In this document: positions 1 to 7,763 of the stretch, in pieces
How positions within the stretch are numbered: position 1 is the first letter of the stretch
Layout of the letters: each line of letters opens with the position of its first letter
Made by a program: the position numbers and the translations under genes
The notes under the pieces: generated by a model
The model's input: only the letters and a program-made list of their open reading frames with translations
Database searches by the model: none
Told to the model about the DNA's origin: nothing
NCBI GenBank assembly: GCA_041492755.1
Contig: JBGPXN010000111.1
Coordinates: 1-14,042 of the forward strand
Direction of reading: 5' to 3'
DNA from: Candidatus Methylomirabilia bacterium
GTDB lineage: Bacteria > Methylomirabilota > Methylomirabilia > Rokubacteriales > CSP1-6
DNA length: 14,042 nt

Positions 1-2
1 CC

Positions 3-107
3 GTCGCCTGCAAGGAGATGGGCCGCTACGAATTCCTGTTCACGGCCACGCCGCTACGCCTGAAGGGTGCGACGGGCGCGCCCGCGCACCCGATCGCGAT
101 GTTCTGA
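3..107 (+). CDS. 3' end of a cyclase-family (kynurenine formamidase-like) metal-dependent hydrolase, partial
   Basis: Frame from nt 3 reads VACKEMGRYEFLFTATPLRLKGATGAPAHPIAMF* (TGA 105-107), resembling the 'yeFlf...Pl.i.GatGsP..PiAi' C-terminus of cyclase-family proteins. Confidence 0.75.
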   Translation, partial: VACKEMGRYEFLFTATPLRLKGATGAPAHPIAMF

Positions 108-197
108 CGGCATCGCGCGACGTCTTGCACGCCTCCCGGAACGATCGGCAGGCCCTGCCATCAAAGCGCGGGTTCGGCCGCTCTCGCATGAAGGCCG

Positions 198-206
198 TGC
201 TATCGT
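198..206 (+). promoter_or_regulatory. Putative extended -10 promoter (TGcTATCGT) for a leaderless higB transcript
   Basis: TG-n-TATCGT lies 6 nt upstream of the GTG at 213. No Shine-Dalgarno sequence precedes that GTG. Confidence 0.45.
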
Positions 207-212
207 CGCCTC

Positions 213-506
213 GTGATCCGGTCGTTCGCCGACGTTGGAACGGAGGACGTTTTCAACGGGCGGAAGACCAAGGCCGCTCGAAAGAGCTGCCCTGTGGAAC
301 TGTGGATGGTGGCAACGCGAAAGCTTGACCAGCTGGACTCGATTGAACGGATCGAGGAGCTGCGGATACCTCCCGGAAACCGACTCGAGAGACTGACCGG
401 GGATCGTAAGGGTCAGTACAGCATTCGGATCAATGAGCGCTACCGGATCTGCTTTGGGTGGACGGCGGAAGGGCCGTCAGACGTAGAGATTGTCGACTAC
501 CATTGA
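213..506 (+). CDS. higB: HigB toxin (RelE/ParE superfamily, plasmid-maintenance killer type)
   Basis: 97 aa with MIRSFAD..TE, LRIPPGNRLERLTGDRKGQYSIRINERYRICF and terminal VEIVDYH, typical of HigB. The toxin gene lies upstream of the antitoxin gene. Confidence 0.93.
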   Translation: MIRSFADVGTEDVFNGRKTKAARKSCPVELWMVATRKLDQLDSIERIEELRIPPGNRLERLTGDRKGQYSIRINERYRICFGWTAEGPSDVEIVDYH

Positions 507-531
507 TTACGCACGGCGCAGGAGGATGGTC

Positions 532-840
532 TTGATTCGAGTACCCACTCACCGGAAGCCAACGCATCCCGGGGAAATGCTGATGGAGGAATTCTTGAAG
601 CCCCTCGGGTTGTCTCAGCGCGATTTAGCGCACCGGATTGGTGTCCCCTATCAACGGGTAAACCAAGTCGTCAACCGGCGGCGGGGCATCACAGCCGCTA
701 CAGCGCTCAGACTAGCGAAATTCTTCGGCAACTCGCCCGCTTTCTGGATGAATCTGCAGCTTCGGTGGGATCTCTATCGGGCTCAGGCACTCGAGACGCG
801 CGCCCTCAGACGGATCCGGCCGGTTAGAGCAGCGATTTGA
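532..840 (+). CDS. higA: HigA antitoxin (XRE-family HTH)
   Basis: PTHPGEMLMEEFLKPLGLSQRDLA..IGV...RGITA..ALRLAKFFGNSPAFWMNLQ motif. GGAGG at 521-525 fits a TTG start at 532 (ATG 526 is the alternative). Confidence 0.93.
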   Translation: MIRVPTHRKPTHPGEMLMEEFLKPLGLSQRDLAHRIGVPYQRVNQVVNRRRGITAATALRLAKFFGNSPAFWMNLQLRWDLYRAQALETRALRRIRPVRAAI

Positions 841-853
841 AGCTCGTTTCCAA

Positions 854-1768
854 TCAGCCGCTGGTCAGCACCTGGCGGGCGAAGGCCGTGTCGATCAAAT
901 CCTCGTAGCGGTGGCGGTTCTTGATGAAGCCACCGTCGAGGAGAATCTGCTGTAGGTACTCGTAGCTCTCGCGGCGGATGACAGGGTCGGGCGGCCAGGT
1001 TCCCTGGCGCGCGAAGCGGGTCACCGCGCGCAGTCGAATCTCCTCGGGGATGTCGGCGAAGTAGGGCGTGATGATGCGTGCGATCTCGGCCGGGTCGGCC
1101 TTCACCATCCATTGCTGCGTACGGTAGACGGCGCGCGTGAAGCTCTCGATCAGGTCGCGGTCGGTGCGCAGCCGCTCCGGCGTCGTCATATATGAGGAGA
1201 AGGGCACCGGTCCGGTCGCGTCGGCCATCGAGACGACCAGATGCGCGGCGCCTTCCATCAGCAACTGCTCGACGATCGGCTGGCCCGTTTCCAGGTAGTC
1301 TCCGTGGCCGGCGCGCCACGCGGCGACCTTCTCCGCGAGCGGCCGGTTCCTTTCGATCTTCACCGCGGCCGGATCCACACCTTCACGGCGCAGCACGGTG
1401 AGCATGCACTGCCACGGCGTCGGCGCCTCCGCGAAGGACAGGACGGTCTGGCCCGCGAGGTCGCTCCACTTGAAGCTCGGGCGCGGCGTGCGGCTCAGCA
1501 GGAAGAAGCCGTTGCGGCTGTTGACCTCGGCGAAGTGGGGGAGAAAGCGGCCCTCGCGGTCGGCGACGTCGAGGCTGCGCATGATGCCGCCGAGGCTGAT
1601 CGCGACGGTGCCGTTCAGCAGCGCGGGCACGGTTCCACCGCCCTCGGCCGCCGTGGTCATCGTCACCTCGAGGCCTTCGGCGGCGAAGTGGCCGAGGCCG
1701 ATACCGACGTACGGGGGCGCGTAGAACAGCGAGTGGAACGGCTCCATGACGGTGATCCGGCGCATCAC
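854..1768 (-). CDS. ABC-type substrate-binding protein, NMT1/THI5-SsuA/TauA-like
   Basis: 304 aa. HSLFYAPPYVG..GHFAAEGLEV N-terminus and type-II periplasmic binding fold features. SD GAGGTGAGG upstream. Confidence 0.8.
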   Translation of the reverse strand: MMRRITVMEPFHSLFYAPPYVGIGLGHFAAEGLEVTMTTAAEGGGTVPALLNGTVAISLGGIMRSLDVADREGRFLPHFAEVNSRNGFFLLSRTPRPSFKWSDLAGQTVLSFAEAPTPWQCMLTVLRREGVDPAAVKIERNRPLAEKVAAWRAGHGDYLETGQPIVEQLLMEGAAHLVVSMADATGPVPFSSYMTTPERLRTDRDLIESFTRAVYRTQQWMVKADPAEIARIITPYFADIPEEIRLRAVTRFARQGTWPPDPVIRRESYEYLQQILLDGGFIKNRHRYEDLIDTAFARQVLTSG

Positions 1769-1793
1769 CTCACCTCGGTCATCGTGCGCATCG

Positions 1794-2831
1794 TCAGTCG
1801 ACCTCGATCTTTCGCGTCACGGGGCGCGAGCCCATCTCGCCGCCCATCCAGCCCGGAATCACGGCGGAGAAGCGGCCGGCGGTGCCGCCGGCGACGACGA
1901 CGAGGATCTCGTCCACCGATGGGTACTTCGGCACGAGCTCGTCGGGCGCGCGTCCGCTGAGGAGATCCTTGAGCCGGCTCGTCTCCGCGCCATCCGGCCC
2001 GGGAGCCAGGTCGCGGGCGCGCTTGCGGACCGTCTCGAACAGATAGCGCTTCACGTCCTGCTTGGACCAACCGTCCTCGGCGATGGTCTTCGCGTGCTCG
2101 GGGCCGATGACCCAGAGCGTGTGGCCGTAGAGCGGGTACGACTTGTGGTTCCACACGCCGGCCGCGGACCAGCCGAGGGAGGCCACGAGCTGCGGCGCGG
2201 ACCGGGACAGATGGTCGTTGATGGAGGCCGGCCCCTCACCCGAGTAGAGCGTCACCGTGCTGTCGCTCGCGGAGAAGCCGCGCTCGACGTGAAACGGCTC
2301 CCACGGCGTGACTTCCTCGTACTCGCCGATGCAGTACGTGTAGCGGCCGGGGTGGCCCATCGTCGACATCGACGTCTGGCCCGGCCGCGTGCCGCCGAGG
2401 TTGATCATGATCAGTCGCAGCGCGCGGCCGATGGTGGCGTTGGCCCGGAAGCCCGGGCCGAAGACGCCCGCCGCGCAGTTCACGCCGAGCTGCTGGCGGA
2501 TCGGACCATTGATCACGATCAAGGGCGACGCGGCGTTGGTCGTCCCGGACTGGCCGTGCAGGTTGAAGGTCGAGTCGCACGCCGCTTCGACGACCGCGAG
2601 CACGACCGGGAAGTAGTCGGGGCGGCAGCCGGCCATCACCGCGTTCACCGCGAGCTTCTCGACGGTCCCGCGGCCGTAGTTCGGTTGGATATGCGCCACC
2701 ATCTCGTCGCGCGCGCGCCGAGTGCCCGCCAGCATCGCGTCCACCCGTGTGCGCGTCGGCGGCACCACGGGAAGCCCATCGGTCACGCCGCGCTCGAACC
2801 AGACCTCGACCTCGTCGTCCATGGTCACCAC
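1794..2831 (-). CDS. Conserved hypothetical protein (TDGLPVVPPT family, recalled as often adjacent to UGSC-family (seleno)proteins)
   Basis: 345 aa, GC3-rich codons. Motifs GVTDGLPVVPPT, TVEKLAVNAVMAGC.PDYFPVV, NGP, FRANATIGRALRL, GHPGRY and VVVAGG. The start could be ATG 2822. Confidence 0.75.
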   Translation of the reverse strand: MVTMDDEVEVWFERGVTDGLPVVPPTRTRVDAMLAGTRRARDEMVAHIQPNYGRGTVEKLAVNAVMAGCRPDYFPVVLAVVEAACDSTFNLHGQSGTTNAASPLIVINGPIRQQLGVNCAAGVFGPGFRANATIGRALRLIMINLGGTRPGQTSMSTMGHPGRYTYCIGEYEEVTPWEPFHVERGFSASDSTVTLYSGEGPASINDHLSRSAPQLVASLGWSAAGVWNHKSYPLYGHTLWVIGPEHAKTIAEDGWSKQDVKRYLFETVRKRARDLAPGPDGAETSRLKDLLSGRAPDELVPKYPSVDEILVVVAGGTAGRFSAVIPGWMGGEMGSRPVTRKIEVD

Positions 2832-2858
2832 CCGTCCCCCCGTGGCATAGCGACGACG

Positions 2859-2867
2859 ACTATATCA
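2859..2867 (-). promoter_or_regulatory. Putative internal extended -10 promoter (TGaTATAGT)
   Basis: A near-consensus TGnTATAGT in an otherwise very GC-rich intergenic gap upstream of the 1794-2831 gene. Confidence 0.45.
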
Positions 2868-2904
2868 GCGGCCGCCCGCGCCCTCCCTGGTCGTGGCGTC
2901 TCCA

Positions 2905-3423
2905 TCACGGCCGGCCTTCGAGCGCACGACGCAACTGGTCGACGTGGTTGTCGTCGTGAGCGGCCAAACTCTCCACCCACTGTCCGAGCGTGAGCCGGCC
3001 GCGGCGAAGGTGAATCCCTCCGCGTTCCCACTGGCCCGCGGCCAGACCGGACAGCAGCGCGACGATCTCGTTCCGCCGGCGTCGAAAGGCCGTGAGCGCC
3101 TCGCCGGGGTCGCTGCGGCGATACTGACGGTCTTCCGCCCACACGCTCGGATCGAGTGGATGGTGGACGCGACCTCCGATCCCCCACGACGCCAGGTCTT
3201 CGGGATCGGCGCCGAGCACGAGGATGCGCGGATCGTCGAGGGCCAGGATCGTGTGGAACCGGATCTGGAACAGCTCGTCGACGTCGCGAAGGTGACAGAT
3301 GATCTCCGTCGGCGACCAGTCCGTCGGTCCGGGACGACGCGCGAGCGGTTCGTTGCCGTACCCGTGGATCGCGCTGGCAAGAACGCTCGAGGTGCCGTCC
3401 AGCCGTCGTACCAGCTCGCGCAT
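2905..3423 (-). CDS. DinB/YfiT-like (DinB_2) protein
   Basis: 172 aa with WSPTEIICHLRDVDE and AAHDDNHVDQL, giving the His triad of the DinB superfamily. Confidence 0.85.
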   Translation of the reverse strand: MRELVRRLDGTSSVLASAIHGYGNEPLARRPGPTDWSPTEIICHLRDVDELFQIRFHTILALDDPRILVLGADPEDLASWGIGGRVHHPLDPSVWAEDRQYRRSDPGEALTAFRRRRNEIVALLSGLAAGQWERGGIHLRRGRLTLGQWVESLAAHDDNHVDQLRRALEGRP

Positions 3424-3460
3424 CCCCCTGCGCGATGCGCGGCCGAGACCGCCGCGCGGC

Positions 3461-5737
3461 CTAAGCGCCGGAGCGCCGTCGCGCCCGCTGGATCGCCTCG
3501 AACACCCGTCGCGGCGTCACCGGCAGCGCGGTGAGCTCGACGCCGACGTCGCGGAGCGCATCACACACCGCGTTCGCGATGGCGCCGCTGAGGCCGGGAT
3601 TGCCGCACTCGCCGAGTCCGCGCAGGCCCAGTGGGTTCGTGGTCGCGCGCACTTCCTGGTAGTAGCCGACCACGGGCGGGACGTCGGTCGCCAGCGGCAG
3701 CGCGTAGTCCATCAGGGTGCCGGTCACGAGCTGACCGTCGGCGTCGTACTCCAGGCTCTCGAGCATCGTGTTGCCGATGCCGAACGCGACGCCGCCGACG
3801 AGCTGGCCGTCGACGAGCGCGGGATTGACGGCGCGGCCAACGTCGGCGCCGACGACAATGTTCCGGAGCTGGACGATGCCGGTCTCGGGATCGACGTCGA
3901 CGACCACGCCGACCGCGCAGCCCGCGTACGTGAGCTTCGGCACGGTGAAGGACGCCCCGACGGCGAGGCGCTGCTGCCCGGCCAGCTCGGCGAGGCTCAC
4001 GCGGCGGCCGTTGTGGGCGAGCACGCCGGCGGCGTAACTGATCCCGTCCTCCGGCACGCTCCAGAGCTTCGCCGCGCGCCGGCGCGCCTCCTCGACGAGC
4101 TTGGCCGCGGCCATCGCGCCCGCGTTGCCCGCGGTCACGGTGCCGCGCGAGCCATACGTGCCGACGCCGCTTTCGATGGCCGCGGTGTCCGGATGCCGCA
4201 CGTGGAAGCGATCGGCCGGAAGCTGCAAGGTGTCGCCAATGATCTGGGCGAGCACGGTCTCGAGCCCCGGGCCCATGGACGACGCGCCCGTGTCGACGGT
4301 GAATCGGCCATCCGCGAGCGCCTCGAGGTGGGCGGTCTCGAACGGTCCGAGCCCCGTCTTCTCCACGTACACCGCCATCCCGATCCCGCGGCGGAGGCCA
4401 GGGCCGGCGTTCACCCGCGCCTGCTCCTTCCGCGCGCCGTCGTAGTCGAGCCGGCGGAGCAGCTCGTCGAAGAGCGCCGGATAGTCGCCGGAGTCGTAGA
4501 CCGTCGTCACGCCGAACGACGTCGTCCCGCAGTCGTACGGCATCTCGTCGGACCGGATCAAGTTTCGCCGGCGGATCTCGGCGGCCTCGAGCCCCAGGCG
4601 CGTGGCGGCGACGTCCATGAGCCGCTCGCGCACGAAGTTGCACTCGGGACGACCCGGCGAGCGGAGCGTGCCGACGGGCGTCTTGTTGGTGACGACCGAC
4701 CAGAGATCGCAGGCGTAGTTGGGAACGCGATACGGGCCCGGCAGCAGGGCGGCCCCGAACTCGGCGGGCACCAGGCCGGCGGTGCGAACGTAGGCGCCGA
4801 GGTCGGCGCGGACGACGACGCGCATTCCGCGAACCCGGCCGTCGCGCTCGAAGGCGATCTCGATCTCGTACTCGCACTCGCGCGCGTGGTTGGTCGCCAT
4901 CAAGCTTTCGCGGCGCGTCTCGATCCACCGCACGGGACGACCGAGCTTCAGCGCGGCGAGCGGGACCAAGATGTCTTCCGGATAGAGCTCGCCACGGTTG
5001 CCGAAGCCACCGCCGACGTCCACTTCGGTGAGCCGCAGCGTCCCGGGCGACAGGCCGAAGATCGGCGCGAGGATGCCGCGATTGGTGTGGATGCACTTGG
5101 TGGCGCCGAGCAGGTGCAGCTCGCCGGCGGACGGGCCGGGGGAAACCGCCACCAACCCGCGCGTCTCGAGGGCAGCGCCGGTCTGCCGCGGATAGGTGAA
5201 GCGCTCACGAAGCACCAGCGGCGCTTCCCTCAACGCCGCGTCCGCGTCGCCAACGCGCATCTGGATGACGGCCACGTTGTTGGAATCGGTCCCCGGAAAC
5301 AGCCGCGGCGCGCCGGGGGCCAGCGCTTCGGCCACCGTGGCGCACGTTCGCAGCGGCTCGTAGGCGACGTCGATGAGGCCGAGCGCGTCTTCGGCGATGT
5401 AGCGGTCGTCCGCGACTACCAGCGCGACCGGCTCACCGACGTAGCGAACGACGTCCCGTGCGATGCCCGGTTGCAGGTAGCGTTCCGCGCCCGCCGGCAC
5501 CGGTATGCGGTTGGGGATGATCGCCGCCGCCGGCACGTCGGCCGCGGTGAGAACGGCGTGAACGCCGGGCAACGCGAGCGCGCGCCGAGCATCGACGCCG
5601 ACCAGACGCGCGTGGGCGTGGCGGGACCGCACCACCGCCGCCTCGAGCATCCCGGGGCGCGTGACGTCAGCGACGAACTGGCCGGCGCCGGCCACGAGCC
5701 GGTCACCACCGATGCGGCGGTGGGCGACGCCGATCAC
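3461..5737 (-). CDS. Xanthine dehydrogenase family molybdopterin-binding subunit (CoxL/CutL-like large subunit)
   Basis: 758 aa. VVRSRHAHAR, VRYVGEPVALVVA, DVGGGFG, GTYGSRG, VDVDPETG, DVGRAVNP..VDGQLVGG and GLGECG motifs. Confidence 0.92.
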   Translation of the reverse strand: MIGVAHRRIGGDRLVAGAGQFVADVTRPGMLEAAVVRSRHAHARLVGVDARRALALPGVHAVLTAADVPAAAIIPNRIPVPAGAERYLQPGIARDVVRYVGEPVALVVADDRYIAEDALGLIDVAYEPLRTCATVAEALAPGAPRLFPGTDSNNVAVIQMRVGDADAALREAPLVLRERFTYPRQTGAALETRGLVAVSPGPSAGELHLLGATKCIHTNRGILAPIFGLSPGTLRLTEVDVGGGFGNRGELYPEDILVPLAALKLGRPVRWIETRRESLMATNHARECEYEIEIAFERDGRVRGMRVVVRADLGAYVRTAGLVPAEFGAALLPGPYRVPNYACDLWSVVTNKTPVGTLRSPGRPECNFVRERLMDVAATRLGLEAAEIRRRNLIRSDEMPYDCGTTSFGVTTVYDSGDYPALFDELLRRLDYDGARKEQARVNAGPGLRRGIGMAVYVEKTGLGPFETAHLEALADGRFTVDTGASSMGPGLETVLAQIIGDTLQLPADRFHVRHPDTAAIESGVGTYGSRGTVTAGNAGAMAAAKLVEEARRRAAKLWSVPEDGISYAAGVLAHNGRRVSLAELAGQQRLAVGASFTVPKLTYAGCAVGVVVDVDPETGIVQLRNIVVGADVGRAVNPALVDGQLVGGVAFGIGNTMLESLEYDADGQLVTGTLMDYALPLATDVPPVVGYYQEVRATTNPLGLRGLGECGNPGLSGAIANAVCDALRDVGVELTALPVTPRRVFEAIQRARRRSGA

Positions 5738-5738
5738 G

Positions 5739-6527
5739 TCAGCGGCCCTTGAACTGCGGCCGGCGCTTCTCCGAGAACGCGCGCACGCCCTCCTGGTAGT
5801 CCTCGCTGTTGAAGCAATCGGCGAGCAGCTTGTCCAGGAGCGCGAGGTCGCGCTGCTCCGACGGCCGCTGGAGCTGCTCCACCGTCGCCTTGGCCGAGCG
5901 CAGCGTCAGCGGCGCGTTCCCGGCGATCTTCATGGCGTAGTCGCGGGTGAAGCGCTCGAGGTCGGCCTTGGGCACCACCTGGTTGATCAGGCCCATGCGC
6001 AGCGCGTCCTGGGCGCTGAAGTCGGTGCGCGCGGTGAAGAAGATTTCCTTCGTGTAGGCCGGGCCCACCAGCTTGATGAGCTTGTCCATGCCGTTGTAGT
6101 GGTAGCCGAGTCCAAGCCGCCCCGCCGGAATCCCGAAGCGCGCGTCGTCCGAGGCGATCCGGAAGTCGGCGCTGATCGCGATGCCGACGCCGCCGCCGAT
6201 GCAGAAGCCGTGGATCATGGCCAGCAGCGGCTTCTGCAGCGTGGTGAGGGCCGCCGAGCCTTCGGCCGAGACCTTGCGGTACTCCTCCTCGTCGGCCATG
6301 TTCTTGCGCTTGTCCTTGAACTGGGAGATGTCGGCGCCGGCCACGAAGGCCTGCTCGCCGGCGCCGCGCAGGATGACAACCCGGATCGCGTCGTCGTTGG
6401 CCAGGTCCTGCATGTAGTGCGGCATCGCCTGCCACATCTCCTGGCTGACGGCGTTGCGCTTTTCCGGCTGGTTGAAGATGATCCAGCCGATCGGTCCGTC
6501 CTTTTGCATCAGAAGCTTCTCGGTCAT
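5739..6527 (-). CDS. Enoyl-CoA hydratase/isomerase (crotonase) family protein
   Basis: 262 aa. FNQPEKRNA, AFVAGADI, GFCIGGG and SEDYQEGVRAFSEKRRPQFKGR. SD GAGGAG upstream. Confidence 0.92.
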   Translation of the reverse strand: MTEKLLMQKDGPIGWIIFNQPEKRNAVSQEMWQAMPHYMQDLANDDAIRVVILRGAGEQAFVAGADISQFKDKRKNMADEEEYRKVSAEGSAALTTLQKPLLAMIHGFCIGGGVGIAISADFRIASDDARFGIPAGRLGLGYHYNGMDKLIKLVGPAYTKEIFFTARTDFSAQDALRMGLINQVVPKADLERFTRDYAMKIAGNAPLTLRSAKATVEQLQRPSEQRDLALLDKLLADCFNSEDYQEGVRAFSEKRRPQFKGR

Positions 6528-6635
6528 CGCGATCTCCTCTCTCGACGTCCACGGCGGCTCAGCGTCTCACGGTTGGCGATTTCCGTCGACCCCGCCGCCG
6601 CGGTCTCCCGACGACCCCCGCCGAACACGGTCCGC

Positions 6636-6664
6636 TTGACGGCCCGCGCCGGACGCTGTATCGA
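6636..6664 (+). promoter_or_regulatory. Possible sigma70 promoter for the LLM gene (TTGACG-17 nt-TATCGA)
   Basis: Good -35 at 6636-6641 and a weak -10 at 6659-6664, in the divergent intergenic region. Confidence 0.3.
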
Positions 6665-6704
6665 GGATGGCGCATCCGAAGGCGATCCGAGTCGGGAGGA
6701 CACG

Positions 6705-7760
6705 ATGCACGTCGGGATCTTCATCGAAGAGTCGCGGGACGGGGTCGACGAGGCGAAAGCGTTCCAGGAGGCGTTCGATCTCGCCGAGTCGGCCGAGGCG
6801 TGGGGACTCGACGGCGTGTGGCTCGGCGAGGTCCACTTCAACACGACCCGCTCGGTCATGTCGGCGACGGTCGTGGTGGCCAGCGCCATCGCCGCCCGCA
6901 CCCGGCGCATCCGGGTCGGGACGGCGGTCCAGGTCCTGCCGCTCGGCAACCCCGTGCGCATGGCCGAGGACGCCGCCACCGTGGACCAGATCAGCCAGGG
7001 GCGCTTCGATTTCGGGATCGGGCGCAGCGGATCGCCGCGGGCCTACGACGCGTTCGGGATCCCGTACGGCGAAAGCCCGGCGCGCCTCGTCGAGGCGCTC
7101 GAGATCATCCTCAAGGCGTGGACGGGGGAGCGGTTCACGTACCATGGAACGTTCTACCGGGTCGAGAATGCCGCCATTTCGCCGCGGCCGGTCCAGCGTC
7201 CCCATCCGCCGGTCCGTCAGGCCGTCGCGACCGACGAGACGTTCGCCCACGCCGGGGCCCAGGGCATGCCGATCTTCGTCGGCCTGCGCGCCGCCTCCGG
7301 GCTGGAGGATCTCCGCAACCAGCTCAAGCTCTACCGCGACGCCTGGCAGAAGGCGGGCCGCCCCGGTAACGGCGACGTGTGCTTGCGCATTCCCGTCTAC
7401 GCCTCCACCAATGAGCGCGCCGCGGTGGAGGAGCCACGCGCGACGCTCATCTCCTTCGCCAAGCGCCAGGCCGAGATCGCGCGGTCCGCGGTGGGCCGCG
7501 CCGGAGCCGGGCCCGCCGATCGGATGGGGGCACGCGCCGAGCGATTCGCCAACCTTTCGTACGACGACATCTTGAAGACCCGCGCCGCCTGCGGCACCCC
7601 GGCCCGGCTCATCGACCAGCTCGGCGAGCTGCGCGACGAGCTCGGATTGAACGGCCTCATCGTCGAGCCGAACGCCGGCGGGTTGCTGTCGATGGATCAG
7701 GAGAAGCGGAGCCTGGAGCTGTTCGCGAAGGAAGTCGCCCCCGCGCTCAAGCGCGGGTGA
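6705..7760 (+). CDS. LLM-class (luciferase-like) flavin-dependent oxidoreductase
   Basis: ATG 6705 follows GGGAGGA. 351 aa with GLDGVWLGEVHF, AARTRRIRVGTAV, AEDAATVDQISQGRFDFGIGR and ELFAKEVAPAL. Confidence 0.92.
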   Translation: MHVGIFIEESRDGVDEAKAFQEAFDLAESAEAWGLDGVWLGEVHFNTTRSVMSATVVVASAIAARTRRIRVGTAVQVLPLGNPVRMAEDAATVDQISQGRFDFGIGRSGSPRAYDAFGIPYGESPARLVEALEIILKAWTGERFTYHGTFYRVENAAISPRPVQRPHPPVRQAVATDETFAHAGAQGMPIFVGLRAASGLEDLRNQLKLYRDAWQKAGRPGNGDVCLRIPVYASTNERAAVEEPRATLISFAKRQAEIARSAVGRAGAGPADRMGARAERFANLSYDDILKTRAACGTPARLIDQLGELRDELGLNGLIVEPNAGGLLSMDQEKRSLELFAKEVAPALKRG

Positions 7761-7763
7761 TTT

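Noticed and set aside
1746..2993. 415-aa plus-strand ORF and other R/P/G-rich overlapping ORFs
   Set aside because: Shadow or alternative-frame ORFs overlapping better-supported genes.
3437..3457. GCGCGGC/GCCGCGC hairpin between the Mo-subunit and DinB genes as a terminator
   Set aside because: Short stem with no U-tract, and likely by chance at this GC content.
3461..5737. Aerobic CO dehydrogenase (coxL) call
   Set aside because: Lacks the AYxCSFR motif and adjacent coxM/coxS genes.
3299..5752. 817-aa plus-strand ORF
   Set aside because: Antisense shadow of the Mo-subunit gene, typical of high-GC codon bias. No recognisable motifs.
5661..6704. Apparent 348-aa N-terminal extension of the LLM ORF (699 aa)
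   Set aside because: It is antisense to the crotonase gene. The real start is ATG 6705 with a strong SD.
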